A stretch of 62,964 nt of DNA, the filler included, from Nemertoderma westbladi (lineage: Eukaryota > Animalia > Xenacoelomorpha), in the NCBI GenBank assembly GCA_032718475.1. It is 3 parts of 3 records of this genome, joined end to end, with 100 filler letters (N's around TTAATTAATTAA, not from the genome) between each part and the next. Parts side by side here need not be neighbours in the genome. Positions count along the whole stretch, not along the records: positions 1 to 28,218 come from JAUCBJ010000659.1; 2 more parts are not named here. The stretch is one strand, 5' to 3'. This document shows positions 12,447 through 22,600 of the stretch, piece by piece. Position 1 is the first letter of the stretch, and every line of letters starts with the position of its first letter. The position numbers and the translations under genes were made by a program. The notes under the pieces were generated by a model that searched no databases, had not been told where the DNA came from, and saw only the letters and a list, made by a program, of their open reading frames with translations.

Positions 12447-13538
12447 TTATTGAGTTACAGAGTCAATTCCTATAGTTTCGAAACCATCATTAGTAGAATC
12501 CGAGCCATCCACTTCAGTGTCAACAGTCTGTTTATTAGACGATTTGGTTGGTTCAGTGGAAAATGATGTCTCATCAGAATACTTTTTATCACCAGACGAC
12601 CCTGTATTCATATCTACTTCCCTGTCGCCAGAGGACCCTGTGTTTGGTTCACTAGCAACATTCCGTTCAACAGTTTCCGTATCTCCAGAAACCCCGAAAC
12701 CAGTAACCTCCCCTCCCTCAACTGCTCCCACCTCCCCTCCCTCAACTGCTCCCATCTCCCCTCCCCCAACTGCTCCCACCTCCCCTCCCCCAACTGCTCC
12801 CATCTCCCCTCCCTCAACTGCTCCCATCTCCCCTCCCCCAACTGCTCCCATCTCCCCTCCCCCAACCACTCCCGTCTCTGACCCCACCTCCCCTCCCCCT
12901 CCCCCAACCACTCCCACCTCCCCTCCCCCAACTGCTCCCCCAACCACTCCCACCTCCTCCACATCCGACCTCCCCGATGTCTCACTCCCCTCCGTATCCG
13001 TGGCCGCCTTCCCCACCGAGCCCGTCTCCCTACCCTCCCCGCCTCTCTCCCCTACGCCACTCGTTCTCTCCGGTAACCTCGGGGCCACAGGCCTCCGTTT
13101 TCTCGCCGGGTTTGCCGCCCCGCAGTAAGCGCATCGGAACGCGAGATACTCGAACTCCTCCCGCAAGGCCATACCGTTGTGTCCGGCGCAGTTTCCGCAG
13201 ATCAAGGCGAACCGGTTCCCCGGCCCCTCCCCCGCTATGTAGTCGACAACCTTCTGCACCGTGGTCCGAGTTCGGGGAAGGATTGGGCGGGTTAACCCAA
13301 CGGGTCTACCCAACTGGGTGCGGTGGGCGTCTACCGGTGGGCTGCGGAGCGGCCCCACCGGCGGTGTGCCTCGGTGTGGAGTTACACCGTGCATCGGCGG
13401 TGAACCACGCTGTGGTGTAGAATTGGTGGACTGCGGTGTACCTGTAACTTGCCGTCTATGGATTCCCGAGCTCGACCCGTCTTGTACTAGACGAATGGGA
13501 CTCTGTATTTTGCTATACAGATTATCAGTTTTACTCGC
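12447..13538 (-). CDS. LNPK: ER junction formation protein lunapark, exon 2 (zinc finger and low-complexity tail)
   Basis: RPILPR...GPGNRFALICGNCAGHNGMALREEFEYLAFRCAYCGAANPARK C4 zinc finger. Acceptor TTTTATAG at 13540-13539, phase 0, in frame with the ORF. Confidence 0.92.
   Translation of the reverse strand, partial: ASKTDNLYSKIQSPIRLVQDGSSSGIHRRQVTGTPQSTNSTPQRGSPPMHGVTPHRGTPPVGPLRSPPVDAHRTQLGRPVGLTRPILPRTRTTVQKVVDYIAGEGPGNRFALICGNCAGHNGMALREEFEYLAFRCAYCGAANPARKRRPVAPRLPERTSGVGERGGEGRETGSVGKAATDTEGSETSGRSDVEEVGVVGGAVGGGEVGVVGGGGGEVGSETGVVGGGEMGAVGGGEMGAVEGGEMGAVGGGEVGAVGGGEMGAVEGGEVGAVEGGEVTGFGVSGDTETVERNVASEPNTGSSGDREVDMNTGSSGDKKYSDETSFSTEPTKSSNKQTVDTEVDGSDSTNDGFETIGIDSVTQ
12705..12960 (-). 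repeat. Coding 24-bp tandem repeat (GGGEMGAV) in lunapark tail
   Basis: About 10 imperfect in-frame copies of CCAACTGCTCCCATCTCCCCTCCC. Confidence 0.85.
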
Positions 13539-13713
13539 CTATAAAATACAGAATTAAATGTTAGAGTGCTGCAGATAACTGCCGTTTATTCAGTGAACCT
13601 TACACGGGAGCTGGAATCACTGACAACACATTGAATTGGTGTAATTTCCATTAAAAAACAAGCGCAATATCGCTAAAAGGACCGCGACTACTAACGCATG
13701 AATGAAAAATTCA

Positions 13714-13785
13714 ACGGATAGTGGGATTGAACTCGGTACCTAGAGATTCTAAGTCCAACGCTCTACCAACTTCGCCACTGCGCCG
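13714..13785 (-). repeat. tRNA-derived SINE head or tRNA pseudogene
   Basis: Minus strand GGCGCAGTGGCGAAGTTGGTAGAGCG...GAGTTCAATCCC has A and B boxes. Acceptor and anticodon stems pair poorly. Confidence 0.55.
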
Positions 13786-13987
13786 TATGAAGCCTTATAA
13801 AACTAAAAGCTAACTGGAAATTAACAACAACAACAAAGGACTGAATAATCGAAGCAATAATTTTTATATAATTGGTAATAATTTACTACTGAATCAAAAC
13901 GAATGAATTTTACATGAATCCAGCGTAGAATTAGGCTACTTATGGGAAACGTATCAATGACGCCAGTCGGGTAAACATTTACTATAT

Positions 13988-15892
13988 CGCCCCTTAAGAA
14001 TTAAAAGGCCTCATCTACAAATTTCGAAAAAAAATTTTATTTGCTAAAGGGATTCTACTGTGTCAGGCGCATCTTCTGTATAAACCTTAAAGCTTCTGGC
14101 CAATCCGATCCAGAGTTATAGCGTGTACAATTTGGGCCTTAAAACATGATTGGCTAATTTTTTTCAATTCAAAGAGCAAAAAAGCCTCATCTACAAATTT
14201 TGTATATTAGAACTTATACAGTACGGCTGTCGGCTGTCTGTTTAGTGTAGAGTTGTATGTACAGTTCTGCTCAAAACGTGTAACTGTCAGCATGTTGACA
14301 TAAATTATTGTATGTGTGTAGGCGTATGCCGGATTCAGAATAGAATTTAATTTGTTATTCTGATCCGCCTAGACCTTTGAAAATGTCAACCATTGACTAT
14401 GATGTACTAAGCGAACTATTAAGATTAGAGGAAATAAACAGTACCGTACAAAACGTGGCGCTACCAGAATTGGCAGTCCCACCGGTACCGGAAAATAATA
14501 TGGTACAGCCGCAACCGGCTATCATCACTGAAAACAATTCATTGGGAGTAGGAGCACCGTTCAAAGGATTTGTTGTCGAATTCGGCGGTTTTGGTACAGT
14601 TGACACTATTGACTGTACAAAAGTGGCCGATAATATCGAATGGAGTATAAGTGATAGCGATACAAGTACTACAGATGACAATAATAGTGACTCGGAATGG
14701 GTGATGACAAGTAATAGTAGTAGTGATGATGACGAAGAGAAATCGGAGAAGCCTAGCTGTAGTGCGGATAATGAAATCCATTCCGCTTCATCTTCTAAAA
14801 ATACACAAGCGGAAAAACGCAAGCGCATGAAGAGAGGTAAAGCGCAGCCAAAGCTTTGGAAGCGAAATAAAAATAAACGGCGGCGAGTTGTTGGACTTGC
14901 CTATCATTCAGCTACACAAAATCAACAGGTTTTGAAGCCCGCGAGAAATCTCAAAGAAGTATGTCAATGCAAGGACGGTGACAATAAAACTGTACGTTGT
15001 AGGTTATTGATGGAAGAACAAAGGCAGGCTATTTTTAATCAGTTCTGGAAAATGCCCACTTGGAGTGAAAAACAGACATTTGTTGGTACATTAGTCGAAC
15101 GAAAAGATGTAACCCGACGGACAACAGAGTCTGTTGAGGTTAGTGATGGATTCAGGAGTTTGATAGTTCATAACCCCCGCCCCACTTCGTTTGTATTTTA
15201 GGTTTTGGAATCTTGAAGTGGGGTGGGGGTGGATCTATAATAATTACCCTGAATCCATCACTGGTGATACAGGGTGCCAAGATGAAACGGAATAATTTCT
15301 GGATATTTTATCTACCATTGTCTGAACAAGGCGAAAGGGTTCGTGTATGTAAGAGGCAGTTTTTAGGAACACTCGGTCTAGGAGAGAAGCAGTTGCGTAA
15401 TTGGTGTAATGCAAAATCTCCATCATCAAATAGTACAAGTGATGTGCGTGTAGTTACTCCAATAGTTTCCTTAAACTAAGTATATATTAAGAATTATGGA
15501 AATGAATTTATTAGTTTCCTTGCAGTGCCATAAGTAAATTGTTATCATGCATCGTAAATCTGATAGCCCTGACTCCTTGGCTAATACAATGGCAGTTAAT
15601 TGCCGCACGAACAGCCTAACACTATAGCACGTTGACTATAAATTAGCAGTCAAAAGGCCCTATCTACATCAAGCTTGAAAAATCTCGGGATCAGAAAGCC
15701 TTATCTAACACAGGTATTTTTGTGTACTCCAAAATTGAATATGTTGTAGCCAGTTGTGTGCGTGGTGTAAAATAAACTTATTTTGCACCAACAAATCCAT
15801 TTCATCATAAGTTTCATTGTTTTTAATCAGTTTTTTGTCTCTCCTGTAAAATTGCCAAAATGCAGATGAGGCCTTTTAATTCTTAAGGGGCG
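13988..15892 (+). mobile_element. Sola1-type DNA transposon, internally deleted, in lunapark intron
   Basis: TIR CGCCCCTTAAGAATTAAAAGGCCTCATCT at both ends. ATAT TSD (13984-87, 15893-96) fits the AWWT target of Sola1. Confidence 0.85.
14377..15479 (+). pseudogene. Truncated Sola1 transposase N-terminus, two exons (intron 15139-15272)
   Basis: WKRNKNKRRRVVGLAY, CQC...C...RQAIFNQFW and RVCKRQFLGTLGL motifs. A GT..AG phase-0 intron joins the two ORFs in frame. No catalytic core. Confidence 0.72.
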
Positions 15893-16177
15893 ATATACTT
15901 CCATGCAAGGTAATAATATAACGCAATATAAACATTATAAGTTAACGCAGCTGTTCCTCAATTCTAACAGAAAACTATTCGTAAGTTAATATTAGAAACG
16001 GCGATATTATGGACCATCTGTAACCGTAACAATGGTCCCCAGCCCCCTTCGTCTATTGAACACTTTTAGTGGCCTTTTCATTGAAATTAACGAAGAGGAA
16101 CTGAGAATCAGACAACTATCTACAAAAAACTACTGGTTGTACTTGTATCCGTCCAGTTCCCCACCCATCCAGGTTAT

Positions 16178-16340
16178 GAGCACCAGGGTTAGGGACATAC
16201 AACAGAAAGGAGCACCAGGGTTAGGGTCATACAACAGAAAGGAGCACCAGGGTTAGGGACATACAACAGGAAGGAGCACCAGGGTTAGGGACATACAACA
16301 GAAAGGAGCACCAGGGTTAGGGACATACAACAGGAAGGAA
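16178..16340. repeat. 32-bp tandem repeat x5 containing GGGTTAGGG
   Basis: GAGCACCAGGGTTAGGGACATACAACAG(A/G)AAG repeated. Confidence 0.9.
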
Positions 16341-16440
16341 CTTGTTTGTGAGTTAGTAAAAAAAACGACAACATGTTAAAGTGGGAAGATTATAATATTA
16401 TAGGTGTTGGAGGTCGACACCCGACATCCTTGTCATATAA

Positions 16441-16502
16441 TGCTGAGACCTGGATTCGAACCAGGGACCTCCCTTATAGTTGTTTCACTGAGCTACCCCA
16501 GC
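16441..16502 (-). pseudogene. tRNA-like relic or SINE head
   Basis: Minus strand GCTGGGGTAGCTCAGTG...GGTTCGAATCCAGGTCTCAGCA has A and B boxes and an acceptor stem. The central arm is truncated. Confidence 0.5.
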
Positions 16503-16505
16503 TAC

Positions 16506-16935
16506 TAGGGATGTGGCGAATGTCCGCATCCGCATCCGCGGATATCCGCATGATTTGTCGCATCCGCATTCGCATCCGCACCTATGGCATGCGGATGTTA
16601 CACGCATTATTCAAGCATCCTGTCTGAAGGCCCAGCAACCACTCAATTAAATTTTCAATAATTATTACTTTTTCCCTTATGAAATTTTTTTTATTAAATC
16701 TTAAAATTATCAAAGTATAAATTATCAAAATTATTTCTTACATTTCTTTCAAAATTATTTATTCTTTCTTAAAATGCTGGTATAATCTTCATGTAAAAGG
16801 GAGGCCAGGCAAAAATTTATATGTTTTAATGGACATCCGCATCCGCATCCGTGCGGATGTCAATCAGCATCTGCATCCGCGGTGCAGAAATCTGCATCCG
16901 CGGATGTTAAAAATATGACATTCGCAACATCCCTA
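16506..16935. mobile_element. hAT-type MITE (430 bp)
   Basis: TIR TAGGGATGT(G/T)GCGAATGTC. 8-bp TSD CCAGCTAC (16498-16505, 16936-16943). Subterminal ATCCGC repeats. Confidence 0.88.
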
Positions 16936-17331
16936 CCAGCTACAGAGCAAGTAGTTTATACAAGTCCATATCCTTCATATCTAACAATTAGTTGGCTTTG
17001 CATTTGAATTGAATATAATAAGTATAATTTATAATTATATATAAATAAATAATAAAATATAAATAAATAAATAAATAAATATTAAAATATATATAAATAT
17101 AATTATATAAGTATAACTATAATATAAAATAATAATTTCCCTGTGATTAGCGGACAAACTGAATGTTATTAACCAAATTATTAGATACATGATGTTAATA
17201 CGATTGATTACCATGGAGCTCTAGTAAGAATTTTAGATTAAACTATTTGAACCCGACCAGCGGGTGTCGACCTCTAATAAAATTATATTCTCAATATCTC
17301 AGGCGTTAATAATATCGGATTACTGGATTAC

Positions 17332-17763
17332 CTTGAGTTCCGGATCGAATCTCTCGAGAATCTCCTTGGCCGTTTTATACGTCTCCCTTTCCATCACCTC
17401 GTCCAAAGTTTTACGACGTTTCTTTTTGAGTTCGGCGAGTTTTACCATACTCCTCGTGGATCGCTTAACGAAGAGGATGTTAAGGCCTTTCCTAATAAAC
17501 CAGACGACACCGGGGAATAGTATAAGTGGGGTGGAGTAGACGACCCTTGGTCCCCAGTCATCCGGGAAGTAAAGTAGATAGAAAGTAATAGCGGCTGCTA
17601 CGTAAAGAATCAAGGAATAAAGAACCAGTCTGCCGATAAGCCGTCGACCTCGTTGCTGATCTTCGCTGTGGAATTTCTCTAAAGAAGTAATTTCTTTGTC
17701 GATTTCTTCCAGAATTTCAACATTCGATCTCTTTTTGCGTAATTTCGAGATTATCGAACCCAT
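17332..17763 (-). CDS. LNPK: Lunapark exon 1 (N-myristoylation-type start, two TM helices, coiled coil)
   Basis: MGSIISKLRKK, two hydrophobic segments, VMERETYKTAKEILERFDP. Donor AAG|GTAATC at 17331, phase 0. Spliced product ~507 aa. Confidence 0.92.
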
Positions 17764-18339
17764 GTTACTGAGAACTCAGGTAGTAAATTCAGTTTACGAT
17801 TATTATTAATTAATTTGTAATTACCGAAACCGGCAGACCGGTATTCGAGATTAAATTGAGATCTGTTCGTTTAACAGTTTAATCAATGACAGATATATTC
17901 GTTTAATCAATCAACTCCAAAACGGTAATCTCACTAATCCATAATCTGACCGATAGTCTGTCAGTTCTGCAGTTTAATCCGTGCTAACTTGCAACTCGCC
18001 TAACGGTACGCTTAAGCACTAAAAATAATAAAAATAACCGTATCGGTATCCCAGATCCCTGTATCCATCCACTGCGTCAGCCAGCCAGTATTCTGAAAAT
18101 ACCGGAATATACCGGTAGAACAGTAGAAGATTGAAATGTGCCTAACTAAATAATGGGTTGATTTGATATAACCAGAGTACAGGAGTACACACTACACAGC
18201 CCAACACACGACAGAACGTACGTATAACAGTATAAAGAAGTCCAGAAATGCAAGCTGTCAGAATACCACCAGTTAGGCTATCAAATCACCGGTGTTGCGG
18301 TGCCGTTTACGCCTAACAGCCTAAATTATTCGATTGATT

Positions 18340-18699
18340 TCAAGTTTCATCCAAATTTATTCCAGCCGGTGTTGAAGATCCGTTGCCTTCGAAATTATCG
18401 ATAGCTAATTCAAATTTGGATCGTATTTCTTTGAACAAGACTTGGAGTTCGTGAAGCCCTGTTTCTAAAGCATCGATTGCCCTATATCCACCACCTTTCG
18501 TTTGAATTTGTATGTAAATGTTCTTTTGCATTGGATGAGCGATGGTGTAGCTACAGACTTTGACTTGGGGGTTGCGTAATATTATGTAGCGCAGTGCGTT
18601 TCCTAGAGTGTGTGATTCACCATCGAGGAGAAATGTAGCGGAAGACCCATCTGTGTCGTTTTCTAGGGGGAGGACTTCTAGCAGTGGTTTATCAGTCAT
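18340..18699 (-). CDS. POLR1D: RNA polymerase I/III subunit RPAC2 (AC19), intronless, 119 aa
   Basis: ATFLLDGESHTLGNALRYIILRNPQVKVCSYTIAHP...IQIQT RPB11/AC19 signature. First ATG at 18699. Confidence 0.9.
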   Translation of the reverse strand: MTDKPLLEVLPLENDTDGSSATFLLDGESHTLGNALRYIILRNPQVKVCSYTIAHPMQKNIYIQIQTKGGGYRAIDALETGLHELQVLFKEIRSKFELAIDNFEGNGSSTPAGINLDET

Positions 18700-19105
18700 A
18701 ACGGTCCTCAAACAACACAACTTACTACAGTACCTTCTCTACCGGTAACATTAGGCTACTTACAGACTTACTTACTGCATTAAATTAGACGTTGACTTGA
18801 CATCGCAAACAGCGGAAACCTACTGTTGACCAATAATATATTATATTGGATTTTTGAATTCGCCCATGTGCAAGTTTCCCAGGATTGCCTTTCCCAACGA
18901 AAAAATTCACATCAGAAAGGAATTTGGCCAATTCAATAAAATAATATCATTTTAGTCAACTTTCTTATTTTCTACAGTACCATCTTCCGAAACAGTTTGG
19001 GAACCTTTACATGGTACTGTAGTATTTTCGTATTCCCGTTCTGCGCGAAGTCCTTCATTTTTTGCGCGAATATTTAGTGTGCACCGAGTTCAGTGTTGGT
19101 CGGGA

Positions 19106-19561
19106 TGTAATAGGCTGAGATAACTCCCAACCAAATATGACTCCCCAGACTTCTCAGCCTAGGCTGAGAACACTCCCCAGTTTTCTTCCTAGATTTCTTA
19201 ATTAACGGAAAGGAGCAGGTTACAGTGGCGGGATTTTCTAACCAAAACAATAAACGATAACTCAATAACATAGGTTACAGTTTTATTATTGCAATATACG
19301 AAAATAACACAGGTACGGATATTAATTATAACTCAATTAGGGGAGTCATCTCAGCCTGGGAGTGTTCTCAGCCTAGGCTGAGATAACTGGGGAGTGTTCT
19401 CAGCCTAGGCTGAGATAACTGGGGAGTGTTCTCAGCCTAGGCTGAGATAACTGGGGAGTGTTCTCAGCCTAGGCTGAGATGACTGAGGAGTGTTCTCAGC
19501 CTACTGTAGGCTGATATGACTGGGGAGTCATTTCAAGAGGGAGTTATCTCAGCCTTGTACA
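19106..19561. mobile_element. Non-autonomous TIR element with 32-bp palindromic subterminal repeats (TGT...ACA ends, possibly Ginger-like)
   Basis: TIR TGTA(AT/CA)AGGCTGAGATAACTCCC. Tandem GGGGAGTGTTCTCAGCCTAGGCTGAGATAACT at 19340-19530 with an inverted copy at 19140-19180. Confidence 0.6.
19196..19290 (+). repeat. Dispersed ~100-bp repeat family (GGAGCAGGTTACAGTG...CTAACCAAAACAATAAACG)
   Basis: Related copies near 4735-4820, 47688 (rc), 58728-58815 (rc) and two at 61845-61980. Confidence 0.7.
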
Positions 19562-19609
19562 GGGGTCGACCATCTGTTGATATCTCGTTCGGACGGTGAT
19601 TGAGAATAT

Positions 19610-22600
19610 GGGTAGCTGGGTATTGGGTGGAATGGAATGTGGGAAGATATGAGAAGGTGGATGGGTAGCTGGGTATTGGGTGGAATGGAATGTGGGAAGA
19701 TATGAGAAGGTGGATGGGTAGCTGGGTATTGGGTGGAATGGAATGTGGGAAGATATGAGAAGGTGGATGGGTAGCTGGGTATTGGGTGGAATGGAATGTG
19801 GGAAGATATGAGAAGGTGGATGGGTAGCTGGGTATTGGGTGGAATGGAATGTGGGAAGATATGAGAAGGTGGATGGGTAGCTGGGTATTGGGAGGAAGGG
19901 AATGTGGGAAGATATGAGAAGGTGGATGGGTAGCTGGGTATTGGGTGGAATGGAATGTGGGAAGATATGAGAAGGTGGATGGGTAGCTGGGTATTGGGAG
20001 GAAGGGAATGTGGGAAGATATGAGAAGGTGGATGGGTAGCTGGGTATTGGGAGGAAGGGAATGTGGGAAGATATGAGAAGGTGGATGGGAATATGGGAAG
20101 GTGGATGGGAGGGAATGTGGGAAGATATGGGAAGGTGGATGGGTAGCTGGGTATTGGGTGGAATGGAATGTGGGAAGATATGAGAAGGTGGATGGGTAGC
20201 TGGGTATTGGGTGGAATGGAATGTGGGAAGATATGAGAAGGTGGATGGGTAGCTGGGTATTGGGTGGAATGGAATGTGGGAAGATATGAGAAGGTGGATG
20301 GGTAGCTGGGTATTGGGAGGAAGGGAATGTGGGAAGATATGAGAAGGTGGATGGGTAGCTGGGTATTGGGAGGAAGGGAATGTGGGAAGATATGAGAAGG
20401 TGGATGGGAATATGGGAAGGTGGATGGGAGGGAATGTGGGAAGATATGGGAAGGTGGATGGGAGGGTGGATGGGAGGGAATGTGGGAAGATATGAGAAGG
20501 TGGATGGGTAGCTGGGTATTGGGAGGAAGGGAATGTGGGAAGATATGAGAAGGTGGATGGGAATATGGGAAGGTGGATGGGAGGGAATGTGGGAAGATAT
20601 GGGAAGGTGGATGGGAGGGTGGATGGGAGGGAATGTGGGAAGATATGAGAAGGTGGATGGGTAGCTGGGTATTGGGTGGAATGGAATGTGGGAAGATATG
20701 AGAAGGTGGATGGGTAGCTGGGTATTGGGAGGAAGGGAATGTGGGAAGATATGAGAAGGTGGATGGGAATATGGGAAGGTGGATGGGAGGGAATGTGGGA
20801 AGATATGGGAAGGTGGATGGGAGGGTGGATGGGAGGGAATGTGGGAAGATATGAGAAGGTGGATGGGTAGCTGGGTATTGGGTGGAAGGGAATGTGGGAA
20901 GATATGAGAAGGTGGATGGGTAGCTGGGTATTGGGAGGAAGGGAATGTGGGAAGATATGAGAAGGTGGATGGGAATATGGGAAGGTGGATGGGAGGGAAT
21001 GTGGGAAGATATGGGAAGGTGGATGGGAGGGTGGATGGGAGGGAATGTGGGAAGATATGAGAAGGTGGATGGGTAGCTGGGTATTGGGAGGAAGGGAATG
21101 TGGGAAGATATGAGAAGGTGGATGGGAATATGGGAAGGTGGATGGGAGGGAATGTGGGAAGATATGGGAAGGTGGATGGGAGGGTGGATGGGAGGGAATG
21201 TGGGAAGATATGAGAAGGTGGATGGGTAGCTGGGTATTGGGTGGAATGGAATGTGGGAAGATATGAGAAGGTGGATGGGTAGCTGGGTATTGGGAGGAAG
21301 GGAATGTGGGAAGATATGAGAAGGTGGATGGGTAGCTGGGTATTGGGTGGAATGGAATGTGGGAAGATATGAGAAGGTGGATGGGTAGCTGGGTATTGGG
21401 AGGAAGGGAATGTGGGAAGATATGAGAAGGTGGATGGGAATATGGGAAGGTGGATGGGAGGGAATGTGGGAAGATATGGGAAGGTGGATGGGAGGGTGGA
21501 TGGGAGGGAATGTGGGAAGATATGAGAAGGTGGATGGGTAGCTGGGTATTGGGTGGAAGGGAATGTGGGAAGATATGAGAAGGTGGATGGGTAGCTGGGT
21601 ATTGGGAGGAAGGGAATGTGGGAAGATATGAGAAGGTGGATGGGAATATGGGAAGGTGGATGGGAGGGAATGTGGGAAGATATGGGAAGGTGGATGGGAG
21701 GGTGGATGGGAGGGAATGTGGGAAGATATGAGAAGGTGGATGGGTAGCTGGGTATTGGGAGGAAGGGAATGTGGGAAGATATGAGAAGGTGGATGGGAAT
21801 ATGGGAAGGTGGATGGGAGGGAATGTGGGAAGATATGGGAAGGTGGATGGGAGGGTGGATGGGAGGGAATGTGGGAAGATATGAGAAGGTGGATGGGTAG
21901 CTGGGTATTGGGTGGAATGGAATGTGGGAAGATATGAGAAGGTGGATGGGTAGCTGGGTATTGGGAGGAAGGGAATGTGGGAAGATATGAGAAGGTGGAT
22001 GGGAATATGGGAAGGTGGATGGGAGGGAATGTGGGAAGATATGGGAAGGTGGATGGGAGGGTGGATGGGAGGGAATGTGGGAAGATATGAGAAGGTGGAT
22101 GGGTAGCTGGGTATTGGGAGGAAGGGAATGTGGGAAGATATGAGAAGGTGGATGGGAATATGGGAAGGTGGATGGGAGGGAATGTGGGAAGATATGGGAA
22201 GGTGGATGGGAGGGTGGATGGGAGGGAATGTGGGAAGATATGAGAAGGTGGATGGGTAGCTGGGTATTGGGTGGAATGGAATGTGGGAAGATATGAGAAG
22301 GTGGATGGGTAGCTGGGTATTGGGAGGAAGGGAATGTGGGAAGATATGAGAAGGTGGATGGGTAGCTGGGTATTGGGTGGAATGGAATGTGGGAAGATAT
22401 GAGAAGGTGGATGGGTAGCTGGGTATTGGGAGGAAGGGAATGTGGGAAGATATGAGAAGGTGGATGGGAATATGGGAAGGTGGATGGGAGGGAATGTGGG
22501 AAGATATGGGAAGGTGGATGGGAGGGTGGATGGGAGGGAATGTGGGAAGATATGAGAAGGTGGATGGGTAGCTGGGTATTGGGTGGAAGGGAATGTGGGA

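Noticed and set aside
12517-13128. Pro/Thr/Ser-rich extensin- or mucin-like ORF
   Set aside because: Antisense shadow of the lunapark repeat.
13714-13785. Functional tRNA gene
   Set aside because: Stems do not pair well. Treated as a SINE head or pseudogene.
16185-16325. Interstitial telomere
   Set aside because: Only isolated GGGTTAGGG within a 32-bp unit. No (TTAGGG)n run.
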